A DNA stretch of 64,000 nt from Eledone cirrhosa. Lineage: Eukaryota. The notes below the pieces were generated by a model that was not told the DNA's origin, did not search any database, and was given only the letters and a program-made list of their open reading frames with translations. Each line of letters opens with the position of its first letter. The first letter of the stretch is position 1. The position numbers and the translations under genes are program-made. Shown here one piece after another: positions 13,159 through 28,577 of the stretch. The stretch covers positions 744,001 to 808,000 of the forward strand of contig OZ024753.1 in assembly GCA_964016885.1 (NCBI GenBank), read 5' to 3'.

Positions 13159-14963
13159 ATATAGATATATATAATTAAAATACAAAAGTTATATTAAGAG
13201 AGAGAAAGAGTGATATATCTTTAGCAGGATATAAAATGATGATATTACTTATTTGTATCAACAGAGATCACCAATATAGCAGAAAATAACATTATGCCAC
13301 GTAATAATAATATCAACGACAATAATAATAATAATTGTTTCTACTTTTAGCACAAGGCCAGCAATTACCCAGTGTATTACTGGTACTTTATTTTATCGAC
13401 CCGGTAAGGATGAAAGGCAAAGTTAACCTCGACGGGATTTGAACTCACACCGTAAAGGGACGTAACTCTATGCTGGAAAGCATGGTGTCCGACCCTCTAC
13501 CAATACTGCCAATTCACCAGTGTATTTTGTTGTAGCAGGAAAGGTATGGTTTGTTATATCGGCTGTAAGTCACAGGTTCTGATGCTGCTGTGATAATAAC
13601 TCTGGAAAGGATCTTCCCATATCACACTTAAAGGCTATGGCTGTGGTAATAGCATCACAAGACTTTACAATGTTTTTACATAATTTATTTACAAACTGAT
13701 TACAAAGGTTGAGCCAAACAAAGAAATAAACAAATTAAGAGTTTAGAAGTTATGTTGTTGTCATTACATATTGGCTAGTGGTTTCATGGCAAAAGAAAAA
13801 TGGTGTTTACCTTTCCATGATCAAAGCTGCAAGAGAAAGAGTTTATCGAAAGTAGCGGGAAAATCTCCGTTTGGGCGGAAGTTGAAAATGCATATCTGAG
13901 CATGGCTCACAATTGGCCTAACTTAGCCAAATCACGCACGAATAGTCTATCAATGCACCAAAGGAAAGTAGCTTGCTACATATCGTTTGAGAAACATAGT
14001 ATTTTATACACATAGTATTTAGTACAAATAATATGCAGGAAAAAATATACATACTTAAGGTGAAATAAGTAATATTCCTGACAGTACTGTTTCATAGCTC
14101 CAAGAGAGAACGTTAAGCAAGTGGAAATCGATCCAAGTAACCGATTATTGATTACCAATTATCGATTCTGGTAAAAGCCAACAAAAGATAATGAGCTACT
14201 CATCAGAAGAATTGTCTTTAGATATGACCCCCACTGTACAAAATACCTTTATATCTTTTGAGAGATGTGAGTTTGAATGAGCTTCAAATCCACATGGTGC
14301 CAGTAAATGTTTTACTATGTGTTTCCCAAACGATATATGACTCTTTCTCTTGCTAAATATAGCTTTTGAATTTGAATTATTGATGCTCTGAACTAAGGTC
14401 TATTAAGCTTATTTAATGAGAAACACACACACACACGTGTGGGTGTGAGTGATAAGACTGGAGCTTCTCTCATTAAAACACCAGAGAAAACTCCTATAAG
14501 ATACAGCCTCATAGGAAGCCATCTAATCCTGCATAGTTATGAGGTATAAATTTCCTTGCATTTTATTTTATTTATTTTTTGCACTGCATATTACAACTCA
14601 CTTAGAGAGTGCTACTAAATAGCAACTGCCAAAGCTATTAGTACTTAAATTTAATGCAACCATTTTTTACTATTTTAAAATAATATCAATAAGTCATATG
14701 TAAACTGGATCAACCATAAATTGGGTTACCACAAATTGTGCTGGCTGTCTCCTGCTTCAAGCAGCAATAAAAATAAAAAATAAAATATATATATATATAT
14801 ATTAAGACACAAGAAATTGAGTCTTTATTTGGCTTAAAGGAATATCAAAATGTTGTTAGACAGGGAAAAGACTGATTGAGACAATTCCTGAACATCAAAT
14901 GATAAGGCATTGGCAAATACACCTTCATTATAGAGAAACCCAAACCCCTTAGCATGGAAGAGA

Positions 14964-15625
14964 TACAAGGTGGTATCAAAAAGTTTCTGGACTAGCTCGG
15001 TAACACACTAACAGATGGCGGCACAGGGTTGCATGTGCAGTGATAGTTAGCTGTGACTATCATAAGTCAGTGTTCCAAGTAATGTCATTGTATTTACATC
15101 ATGAGTTGTCAAATTGGCGTTTTTTCCTGATCACAGCCTTGTGCAAGTCTGCGATTACATCATGAACATCAATTTGGAACAAACAGCCAACATGAAATTT
15201 TGCATTAAACTTGGAAAATCGATCACAGAGACATTGAATATGTTTCAGCAAGCTTACAGCTTTGATGCAATGGGTTGTTCATGGGTTTTTCATGGGTTGT
15301 TCACAATGTCTCAAGTGGTATGGGCACTTCCAAAGCAGCAGAATGTCCCTGGAAGATGACGAGCAATCTGGAAGACCTTTGATGAGCATCAATCCTGGAA
15401 ATGTTGAATAAATTAGGTAACTTGTGGATCATTGGAGGATGATCGTTGGTGTGTCATATGGGCCAGTGCAGGAAATCCTAACGTCTGAACTGAACATGAA
15501 GCATATCACTACCAAGGACCAGAAGGAAAATTAAGTTGAAGAGGATAAACCATCATTAATGTCGAGTATCATCACTGGTGATGAGTCTTGGTTTTGCAAA
15601 TATGATCCAGAGATAAAGCAGGACC
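14964..15625 (+). mobile_element. Mariner transposon remnant (left TIR and degenerate transposase)
   Basis: TA-CAAGGTGGTATCAAAAAGTTT end. Translation gives EQTANMKFCIKLGKSITETLNMFQQAY, then LEDDEQSGRP, then IITGDESW..YDPE (first catalytic D). Confidence 0.85.
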
Positions 15626-16967
15626 AAACAATGATGGCGATGATTGTGATGGTGGTCATCTAGGACAGTTAGTTCTCATGAAGCCCCAGATGTTTTTCAG
15701 GTAGTTCCTTAACCCAAACTAATCAATAACCACCCGTGTTCAAACTATTTATAGATTTCCTTCTGTAACAGATGTTAGATAAGAAGTAAATATATAAACA
15801 CAACACAATAACAATAATATAAGCTAATAAAATCAACACCGTGGTTGATCTGTTATAAGAAATATATTGATTTCTAATGTAGGTATAAGGCCAGCAATTT
15901 GATCTTATGGTAAGTGTGTTGGGTAAGCATGGGAAAATGGACATGAAAATGATAATGGCGGTGTTGACATTGTTAATGACAGAAAAATGTTGGAGTGCCA
16001 CGCAACCCTATATCCATTATTCTTTGAAGCTATGTGTCTTTGTAGGAAGTCAAAATTTAATCATATTCTGTTACTGTTTTCACTTATTAGCTGTGGCCTT
16101 CCTGGAGCACCACCAAATTTAGTAAATCATTCAACCTCCATACTGATTTTTTCAATTCTGGTACTTATTTTATCGATCTCTTTTTGTTAAACCGCTAAGT
16201 TACAGAAGACACACACACAGGACAGCCCTCTGCAGTTTTTATTTATCAAAATTCCACTCTCAAGGAATTGGTCTACCAAAGGTTATAGGAGAAGACACTT
16301 GTTCAAGATGCCCTACAGTGGGATTCAACACAGAACCACATGGTTGCAAAGAAAACTCCTTAACCACACATTTGTTCTCTTGTAAACCTAAAATAAAGCT
16401 GAAAGTCAATTCATAGTACAACCACATAAAAAAGAAACTAAAGAAATATGTTTGATATGGAGTGTTTTTTTGTTGTTGTTTTTTTTTTTGTTGTTTTTTT
16501 TTTTTTACTAAATTTCAAAATAGATATTAAAACATCTGTATTTGACAGGTTTCAAACAAACAGGAAGTCTTGGAAACTTCCAGAATTTAAATATAGAAAG
16601 ATTTTTGATTAATGCAATGGAATAACAAAAAAAATGGTAAAATGAAGCCAACATTTGAAGAAGAAAAATGTAAATGATTTACTAATTCAATTGTTATGAT
16701 GTTGACAGCACAACTGACTAAGGTGTCAGTAAGCCAACAAGACAGTCTTGCTATATGTAGATATTCACCCTGCTACAAATAGCAGTAAAATACAGCAGTA
16801 AAATAAAGAGCCCCTAACTCCTAATGGAGTCATAGGGTGCTGGCTGGACACATGGCATGTCTTGGGTAATTTCAACCTGGCAGAGCCCTTCTCTCTTCAG
16901 GTCAGGTAAGGACACAACCGATTTCTTCTAGAGAGAGAGAAGATCGATAAAATAAAAGTCCAGTTCC

Positions 16968-19130
16968 TCCTCCTTCTTCTTCTTCTTCTTCCTATTCCTG
17001 AGAAGGTCGTGGGGGAAGAGTCCTCAAACACTCCTTCCAGCAGGTCTTGACAGAAACAACCACCTCCAACTGATCTGGCTGGATCCCCAAGCGAGACCAG
17101 CCAAGTTCATGGATCTTATCTTGCTTGAGATCTACCCCTGGGTCTCCTGCCAATTGGTTTTGCCCAGCAATTCTTTCCTGAGACATTCTAACCACATGCC
17201 CATAGTATTGGAGCTGTGATCCCTCAATTCAGAGAAGTAGCAGCTCTACCTGGATTGACTCTCTGATCTCTGAGCTACACACTCTATTGAGTAACGTTAC
17301 TCCAAAGACCCTTCAGAGGAACCCCATTCCGGCTGCTTGTATTCACAATCGTATTCTTTCGGTCATTACCCAAGATTCATGACCATAAGTAAGGGTTGGT
17401 ACAAATACTGAATTGAAGATAGTGAGTTTGGCTTTGCACCTACCTCCCTGAATACTGAATACTGAAGCTGGCGAAATACTGCACCAGCTCCTGCAATTCT
17501 TGCACTTAATTGAGCCTCCTGCCTTCCAACACTTGTGAACACGGCCCCAAGATACTTGAACTTCTATACCTGCTTCAGTTGAACTCTATTTATATGTAGA
17601 GTGTACTGCGCAGGTTTCCTTGAGAGGACGAGTGTCTCAGTTTTCGCAGTACTGATTTTCATTCCAGCCATACAGCACTCAGCACTAAATCTATCAAGTG
17701 CAATTTGGAGATCACTTTCTGTCACGTTAAGTAACACCCTGTTGTCTGCAAATTTCAGCCGACAGATTTTATAATTGCAAGTCATGATACCACTTCCAAC
17801 CCATCTGTGTTTGTCAATTCTGTTCATGTAAATAATGAACAGGCAGAGTTCGACACCCACATTGAATGGTTTCAATTTACCACCATTTATCTGAACAAAA
17901 ATACTTGGGCATTCATATAGAGACATCAGGGGAGCAAGCTGACCATCGATCCCATACTCCTGCAGAACCTTCCACAGCAGGTACCGAGGATTGCAGTCAT
18001 ATGCCTTTTCAAGGTTGACAAAACAAGAATATACCTCTTTGCAATACTCATGATTTCTCAAAGACCTGCTGCAATGTGAATATTTAGTCGGGTGTGTTGC
18101 GTTCAGGGTAAAAACCACACTGTTCATCAACTAGCTTAGACTCGACAATCTACCTGTATCTTTTGCCAGACACTTAGCATAGACTTTACTGGGGAGGCTT
18201 AACAAGGAGATCTCTCTGTAATTGGAACAATCTATCTTGTCTCCCTTTTTGAAAATTGGGATTATCACTTCCAATTGCCATTGCTTAGGTGCCTTTCCAG
18301 AGATCCAGGCCACCAGGCACATATGAGACACCCAGAGAATACCTTCTCTATTTAATGCTTTTAACATCTCGGGCCTTCCACATTAAGCTCTTTAACTGCT
18401 CTTGGGAACTTAGCCTCTGACAGATTAGTCAGTGCTCCCAAATACACCTCGTGTATATCAGAGGATGTACCTCTCTAAAGAGAGGACCCCAAACATGTTC
18501 TTGATAGCAGGTGTGGAGGAGGGCTTCTTATTACAAAGTTGGCACTTTATTTGCTGATCTGAATTTGGATTCCAGCTTAACCCCAAAGTCCTCCCATGAC
18601 TTTACTTTGGATGCCTTTACTGTCTGCTGGGATTCTTCATGCTTGCTTGTACCGCATGTATAAGAAGGAGGGCTTATTTCCAAGCCAAGTTTTGTAAGCC
18701 TCCATCTTTGTTTAGATGGTATCTTTGACCTCTTGATTATACCAAGGGGTCCTCCTGCCATTCGGCACCACACCAAGCCTCTTTCACCCACAGCATTTAA
18801 CAGCTGAAACATAAACTGCCTTGGTGAAAAATCTCCACTTTGTATCAACGTCATCCTCAGTTTGCTCAGGGAGTTCACTGAATTTAGATGAAATAGTATC
18901 TGCATACCAGGTCCTGACTTCCTTATCCACCAATACTTCCCACTTTATCCAGTAGGTTGCCCTGTGGGCTTCCTTGGCTTTAGTTAGTCTCAAGCTGCAG
19001 ATAACTAGATGGTGATTAGTTGATAGCTCAGCCTCTCTCTTAACACAAACATCCTGCACAGAATCAATGAGATCTGAGACAATAACAAAATCAATTATTG
19101 ATCTCTGTCCCTGATTCCCCTTATACAAGG
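16968..19130 (-). mobile_element. RTE LINE family 2 (Expander-like), 5'-truncated and frameshifted, APE + RT
   Basis: APE motif RSIIDFVIVSD...LSTNHHLV; RT motifs IPIFKKGDKIDCSNYREISLLS, FVNLEKAYD and KFADN; C-terminus LRTLPPRP; (GAA)n tail. Confidence 0.9.
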
Positions 19131-19194
19131 CACAGCAACCTTCCTTAAGCTACGTTCCAAACCACCACACACAATATATATATGTATATATATG

Positions 19195-19552
19195 GGAGGC
19201 ACATGGCTTAGTGGTTAGAGCATTGGCCTTGCAATCGAAAGGTTGTGAGTTCAATTCTTAGACCGGGTGATGTGTTGTTTCCTTGAGCAAGACACTTTAT
19301 TTCACATTGCTCCAGTTTACTCAGCTGTAGAAATGAGATGATAGGGACTAGGGTCCCTGGGGTCCCTATCATTCCACTGCAAAGTGGTCGTGGAGGTGCC
19401 GCTGCAAAAAAGCACCCAGCACTCACTGTAAATGAGGTTGGTGTTAGGAAGGGCATCCAGCTGTAGAAATCAAGCCAGAATCAGTTCCCGTCCCACCCTT
19501 GCAAGCAGGGAAAAGCGGACGTAAAATGAAATGAAATGAATGATGAAATGAT
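19195..19552 (+). mobile_element. tRNA-derived CORE-type SINE with an RTE-derived tail
   Basis: A box TGGCTTAGTGG, B box GAGTTCAATTC, TCCTTGAGCAAGACACTT core, tail GGAAGGGCATCCAG...GGACGTAAAATGA. Copies at 50617-50897 (+) and 49390-49830 (-). Confidence 0.85.
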
Positions 19553-19561
19553 ATATATATA

Positions 19562-20362
19562 TATATAGAGAAAAGGTGAAGCTGGAAATAGCATTATTTA
19601 AGGGTCTGATTTTCTTTTTTTATCCTTGCTTTGATTCATCAAAGTGACATTATTGAAAAGATGACATTATTGAAAAAATGAGAGGGACAATTCTTTTAAA
19701 AAAAGGTTTTATAATGTATATAAAGTATATAAAGTATTACCGGTTTTGATGTATTATTAAAATCCATTTTATCAAATGTTGAATATTGAAATAAAAAGAT
19801 AGCAGCAGCTATGTTTCTTCACAGAACAAAGTTGTTTTTTGGGGGCAAAGGAAACATCCTGTAAATATGTGTGTGTATATCTGATTGTGTTAATTGACAA
19901 TTAGCACAATCAGATATACACACACATATTTACAGGATTTTTTTTTTTACCCCCAAAAAACAACTTTGTTCTGTGAAGAAACATAGCTGCTGCTATCTTC
20001 ACTACCACCTCTCTATTAACAGGAACTCATTCTCCAGCCAAATTTTTGAGCAAGAAAGTTTGGAAAAAAACTTACTCCAACATTTGATTTTAATTTTAAA
20101 TCTTTAATCTTAAGTTTTAGTTTTAATTCTTTTTAATTTTTTATTTCAATAGTCAACATTTGATAAGATGAATTTTAATAATACATCGAAACCGGTAATA
20201 TTTTATATACTTTATATACATTATAAAACTTTTTTTAAAAGAATTGTCCCTCTCATCTTTTCAATAATGTCACTTTGACGAATCAAAGAAAGGATAAAAA
20301 AAGAAAAACTGACCCTTAAATATATTTTCCGTGCTATTTCCAATTTCACCTTTTCTCTATAT
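19562..20362. repeat. ~800-bp foldback (long inverted repeat) with a decayed hammerhead in each arm
   Basis: Arms meet at AATTG-A-CAATT (centre 19897); the right arm has an extra ~135 bp (about 20000-20136). Confidence 0.9.
20154..20203 (+). ncRNA. Decayed hammerhead ribozyme (mirror copy on the minus strand at about 19730-19781)
   Basis: AACAT-TTGATAA-GATG...CATC-GAAAC(CG)GTA-ATATT; two substitutions in the CUGANGA core. Confidence 0.5.
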
Positions 20363-21252
20363 CCACTGTTTTGTATAGAACCTTACTTCCCTTTTCTAAT
20401 AAACACACACACACACACACACACACATATATTAGCAAACAGCTTGTAAAAGTTTGTAGTGTTAGAGGTAAACACTTACTTTTGAAAGTGATATAATCAT
20501 AGACCTGGGAACACGAAAGATCGTCTAACCCAAGCAAAAATGGAAAACAGACGTAAAATAATTGTTTCTACTATTGGCACAAGGCCAGCAATTATCCCAG
20601 TGCATTACTGGTACTTTATTTTATCGACCCCGTAAGGATGAAAGGCAAAGTTAACCTCGGCGGGATTTGAACTCAGAAAATGATGATAATATGCATGATA
20701 ATATGTATTGTTTATGGACTGTAACGAAGCAGTTCGACGAAAAGAGATCGTTAAAATAAGTGCTGGTGTTGATATGACAGAGTAAATCCCTTTAAGTCGA
20801 AGCTCCAGCATGGCTGCAGTCTAATGACTGAAATCGACGAAACAAAATATTCGCTAGTTTCGTGGAATCAAATCAATTTAACAATCAAAGGGAATTAAAT
20901 CTTGACACATACAGCAAAAAGTCATACACGATTTATTTCCCTTTGTTATTCGAATTGGTTTAATACATTACGACGCCAAGATTCTATTTGGTCGCTCTAC
21001 CAGCTAAAAATACCTTCAACAAAATAAATATATATATAAACACCAGCGTATTCACCATAATAACATTTATAAGTCTAGAAGACATTATTAATGAAAACCA
21101 ACGAAGAAAGGGTAAAATAAATAACGTAAACATTGGCCGCTGTCGGAAGCAGACGATAGTTACTGGTGTGTGTGTGTGTGTGTGAGTTTATCTGTCACTG
21201 TTTACCTGCCTCTCTGGTCATAATATTTACTACTCCATCTCTCTCTCTGTTT

Positions 21253-21301
<49 letters not shown>

Positions 21302-21899
21302 ATGCTAGCATGGAAAAATGGACGTAAAACGTTGATGATGATGATATATATATGTGTGTGTGTGTGTGTGTGTAAGTACAAACATATGTATTTATAAATA
21401 TATATATACATCTATATGCATAGATACTTGTATATCAAAAGACAGCAATGACAAAAATGCCTCAGGGGACAGGGACCAGGGGCCAGTGGTCAACAGAGAA
21501 ACAATACACAAGGTGGATGACAAGCAGATGAAACACAGAAAAGATCGATAGAGAAGGAGGACAAAGAGAAGGGGTGCACTAGTGTATAGAAGTGATCCCT
21601 TTCTTCACACCATCCCAGCAAATCGTTTAGATTGCATTTGGAACATGCTCTAAGCCACACAAAACATTGGTAAAAATCCTGGATATACATATAATAAAGA
21701 TTTGAAGAGGCACCTAATGTTTTTTATATATACATGCAAATTTAAAGTATATAACAAAAAGAAATTAGTTCATACAAAATAAATGTGAAGCCTTAAACTT
21801 TAGAAATGTATTTTTAAAGGTTAAAATATTTAAGGTAGATTCACGGAGAGTGTTTCTTCCTGAAATATACCCCTATGGTAATCTATTTATCACACACAC

Positions 21900-22130
21900 A
21901 CATATACACCAGGTCAAAACATAGTTGAATCAAACTCCCACTGTCATCGCCTCCGTCTCTTCCGCCCTCTCCATCTCTTACTATTATAAGAAAATGGGGT
22001 CTCATGCGCTGGTGGCCCCACGGCCCTGGCCAACAGAATAGAGAGGGTGCTCCCTTTGAGGATGGTGAGGGAGATGCGCTGGAAGAGCCATTCCAGCTTG
22101 CGAGGTTAACACCTGCAGTTAGCCGACTCT
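21900..22130 (-). mobile_element. CRE-like LINE 3' end
   Basis: Shares the C-terminal/3' UTR module (ATAGT.AGAGATGG...GATGACAGTGGGAGTTTG) with 23125-23215, 57025-57280 and 61425-61560. Confidence 0.55.
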
Positions 22131-22489
22131 GCATAAATTATAGTGGATTTTCAGAAATAGTTGTGATTAGATTTTGTACTAATCAGTACCGCTATGAGTA
22201 GCTCTTCAAAGTTTTATTTTGATTTGTGTTAGTGTTGAATATATTTCACACGTTATTGCCCGTCAATTTGGATCTACGTATTGTATGTCTAATTGAAAAT
22301 ATTGTTTAACTGTTGTGTGCAGTTCACAACTTTTCTAAGACAAGGGACGTAACACATGACAAGAAACGCAACTGTGGTTTGACAATGAATGTAATTAAAT
22401 GTCGTTGTTAGCTGAAATACCAGTTTAGATTTGGTTTATATTTAGTTAAGTAAATTTCTATATTAATGCGTTGTTATTCCGGTGACATG

Positions 22490-23050
22490 AGTAGTCGCTA
22501 TCAAGTCCTTCCGTGCCAGTACGAGCGGAGGTACTGATGGTCTCCGACCTGGCATCCTCAAAGTGTTGCCATCCCTCCTATCAGCCGAAGCCAGGCGCCG
22601 CCTTCTGAGTTCATTTATGGCACTCATCAACAGGTTCATCCATGGCGCCCTGGACCCTTACGCCCGAGTTCTCTTCTTTTCAATCAGCTTGACCCCTATC
22701 GGGAAGAAAGTAGATGGCATAAGCCCCATCGTTGTGGGCAATGTCTTCCAGAGGCTGGCTGCCAAGGTGGTCTGCAGGTCCATCACACCTGAACTGGGCA
22801 AGGAAGGAGCTCAGCTCGGTGCAACTAGGGTCGCTTTGTCCGGTGGGTGTGAGGAGGCCACACAAGCAGCTAGGCAGTTTTTCAACTGCTGCACACCGAA
22901 CAAGTGTCGAGGAATGCTAGGTACCACATTGTCAAGATTGACATGAGGAATGCCTTTAACTGTCTATGCCGAGACCGTCTGCTCGAACTTGCCTCAGCCA
23001 AGCCACCTCAGCCTACCCGCTGGCCCACCTGTCATATAGAGCCCGAGCAT
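22490..23050 (+). mobile_element. CRE-like non-LTR retrotransposon, N-terminal RT fragment
   Basis: GGTDGLRP, LTPIGKKVDGISPIVVGNVFQRLAAK, QLG...GGCE and KIDMRNAFN motifs. Confidence 0.8.
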
Positions 23051-24129
23051 GGTCATACCTTCAGCCAATAGGGTTCAACAGGTTAATAATGATGCTGCTG
23101 CACCAATCATTCGGTATGACACTCATAATACAGAGAGATGGGGAGGGAGAGAGAGATGGAGGTGATGACAGTGGGAGTTCAGCTCTTCTGCATTCAGACC
23201 TGGTGTGCAGCGTCAGTTGTCCGTCTTGATGTCTTCTCTCATTCTCTAAATAAAGAGTGTGGAGAAATGACTACAAGTTGGTGACTGGCTTTTAAAGGAG
23301 TTATAGGTTATAACTTATAGGTTAGGAGATTATATATAGGCTGCTTGTTAAGGGTTTAAGTAATAGTTTGGAAAAGTTGGGGTTTTTAGACAGAGAGAGT
23401 TATCCTTTTACATGTATGTTGCAAATTCAATATGAAAGGAAGATGGAAAATTTAAAAGATTAACTTAACAGACGAGTCTTTAATTTGACTTTAGTTCAAA
23501 GCAAAATAATAATAAATGTGCTTCTGTCTGTGTGTGCTTACCTTAGCCACTCATCTAGCCCCCTACTCATTGTACCTCACCCCCTTTCATTAAAGTAATA
23601 ACTGATTTATTTATTTATGCATTTCTATGTAAAACCTTCTAAAACTCCCCAGTATACCTGTGTGCTTGTGTGTGTACACAATATGCATACACATAACACA
23701 TACATTTTATGCCAGGTTACCCACCCATATTATCCACTTTAGCATTTACATAACTCTATATTTACTATTATATTTTCATGGTAAAGGGTTTATCTTACAT
23801 AATTATCTCACATAATATCGAATTTATGAGATTTTGGTATTGTGCATTTTGAGAACAATACCTTAACATACGTGTTAGCAGCTGGTTATGGCTGGTTTGA
23901 ACAGAAAGAGGTGAGAGAATTCTGGCCGGATATGGCCTGTTTAAATGCGAACGGATTAGACCCTTATATTTTACTTGATCTTATTCTATCTTATTTTATC
24001 TTAGCAATAGTTGATTGTATTTATTATATGTGTTAGCTTATCTGAAAATGTGTGTTGAAACAGATATTGTAACAAATAGCAGGTTGACTGATAAAATAAC
24101 GAGTCAGTCAATCATATTGGTGGCCTCCC

Positions 24130-24750
24130 CACAGCCACGGTGGACAGAATGGAGAAGGCGTTTCGCCAGAGGACGGCAAGTCATTCCAACTCGAGAGGCT
24201 CACACCGGTGGCTGGCCAGCTCAGCACCTATTGTGGTGAGTAGGGAGGTAGCCCTAGGGCCGAGGACACCAGAAGTCTCCACTGCCAAGGGTACGACCGC
24301 AGACCTGTCAGAGAGCGACTGGTATTTGGAGAGTTTGGCCTCCTGAACCCGAAGTGCAGCAGAACCTGGGTTAGTCGCGGACTGCACCAGGTTGCGACTG
24401 GAGAGAGTGCCGGTGCAAGTGGCATTCCAGATGAGAGGTTTGTCGTCACCATGGAACAAGAAGGTGGTCATGTCATCTGGCCTTTTGCTGTCCACTCGGT
24501 CCAACCCCACGCCTGCAGCGTCCAAACCATGCTTTATGACCTCGTTGAGGGCAGCATGGCATGGAAGGCGGCCGGCACTGTGGCGACAGGAAAGCGGGTG
24601 GAGGCTGAAAGAGTCCACGGTGGATCCACAGCGACATTGGTGTGGCTCGCATATCTGGAGGCCAAGCCTCAAAGAAACGCCGATGCACAGGCTATTGTTA
24701 TCCAGCTGCGTGCCAGTGGAGAAGGAGGGCAAGGCCTGGTCCAGGCACCT
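24130..24750 (-). mobile_element. CRE-like LINE: zinc knuckle and restriction-like endonuclease
   Basis: LRLGLQICEPHQCRCG...HPLSC...RPDD...WNATC...AVETSGVLG (CCHC knuckle plus PD-D RLE). Confidence 0.85.
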
Positions 24751-25599
24751 ACTTTTTATTTTATTCTTTTCTTAAAAATACTCCTTCAACCTCTAAGCCC
24801 TGTCTATATATAACCTTACCTCTCACCTCTCCACCCCTATTCCTATGACCATTATACCCCTTTTCCTGCTACTCTACTCCTACGGCAGTAACCACCCCTA
24901 GCCTCACCCACACTACTTCCTCCTTTTGACCCCGTTGCCTATCCAGACACACATACCTCTGCTTGCCCCCCACCATTTCCTCCATCTGATCAGTTTACTA
25001 CTACCGAAACTAGTGATCTATTTTTAAACATTCTACAAATATTATTACACTCGGGATTTTACCTATCTCTATACTCACTCTGCATCTCCAAATGCATTGA
25101 GTATACTGCCATGACTAGTGGTCTCCCCAGTCTCAGCGCCACAGACTCTAACTCTCTGTATCTATCTATCTATCTATCTATATATCTATATATATATATA
25201 TATATAGAATAGGATGAAACGAAATTTCATTTCTCACTCTTAGTACGGCAGTTACTTAAATGTAAGTATGTATGTATGTACACGTACATACATATATGTA
25301 TACAGACGTACAGTAGTATGTATATATATATACATACATGCACACATATATATATGCACGTATCGGTTTACCGAACATTTATTATAATGCTCATTGATTT
25401 ATTGATATTTTATCTGAGTGACCCGAATCTTCCTGGTCGTAATTTTTCGGCCGCATGGGTGATTTTAGACATAATCTTTGTGTGTTGGTATTTTAACGAT
25501 AGTTATAGCTCTGATTTATCTGAATTATTGAGCCCTCTGCCACTCATGTCGAATTTGTTTATCGTAAACTCGTGAGCCGATTTTCCGATACTCGATTAT

Positions 25600-25800
25600 T
25601 CTACTATATATATATATATATATATATAAAACTGAAGTTGTCTGTGTGTGTGTGTCCTAATTTTTGCAAAGTCTATACAAATCCACATTTCTACTCCGAT
25701 TGACTTCAAACTTGCATTTATATATTCCTTGCGGTCTAAAGATATTAACTGCAGCTGTTATTTTTCAATTTTCTGTTGTTAAAGGCGTATTAGGCGCCGG
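25600..25800 (+). mobile_element. Possible non-autonomous Helitron 5' end
   Basis: TCTAC(TA)nAAAA followed by GTCTGTGTG and CCGATTGACTTCAAACTTG, a typical Helitron-like start; no 3' end identified. Confidence 0.3.
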
Positions 25801-26319
25801 TTAGCGATCTCTCTCTCTATCTTAGTCTGTCTTTTTAGAAAGATACATAGCTATAACGTCGTGCCTTTATATTATCTGTCTGTATGTCTGGCTGTCTGAA
25901 TTACGACATTATGAAAACATTCTTCTTCTTCTTCTCTCCTTTCTATCTCTCTCTTCCCCCCCCCCCCCCCCCGTCAAACTTGGGCGAAATTCTTTCCTTG
26001 CTCACATTTCAACCAGGTTTGATGGTCTTTTGTCTCTTGTTCAAGATTTCACCGAGTTTATATTCATAGAGATCTGGGACTTGTCTATTTCCTCTCACTT
26101 TCCGTTGCTTAAACTTTTTTGTTGTTACCCTGGCGTCCCCTTTGTTTACGTGTCCCAACGACTTTTTTTAGCCGTTGTTCGCACCAACCTGAGGCATATG
26201 GCCCTTAAAGCGATGAAATGCCTAGGACGGTTGGAGGGTCACTGATGAAGGACTCACTTTTTCATATGTATCCCATTTGCAACGCCGCAGCTCCATTATT
26301 ATCATATTTACATATTTAC

Positions 26320-28575
<2,256 letters not shown>

Positions 28576-28577
28576 TA

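Noticed and set aside
13530-14300. Possible host exons in complex sequence
   Set aside because: No sustained ORF, recognisable motif or convincing splice-site pair.
19195-19270. tRNA gene
   Set aside because: The A/B boxes belong to a SINE head followed by core and tail; no convincing cloverleaf.
23280-23530. Additional minus-strand PLE C-terminal fragment
   Set aside because: Only faint resemblance; too decayed to call by eye.
24980-25020. Hammerhead-like CTGATCA...CCGAAACTAGTG
   Set aside because: Core, stem II and cleavage triplet are all defective; possibly a relic, but not supportable.
26236-26270. CTGATGAAGG motif
   Set aside because: No downstream GAAA or closing stems.
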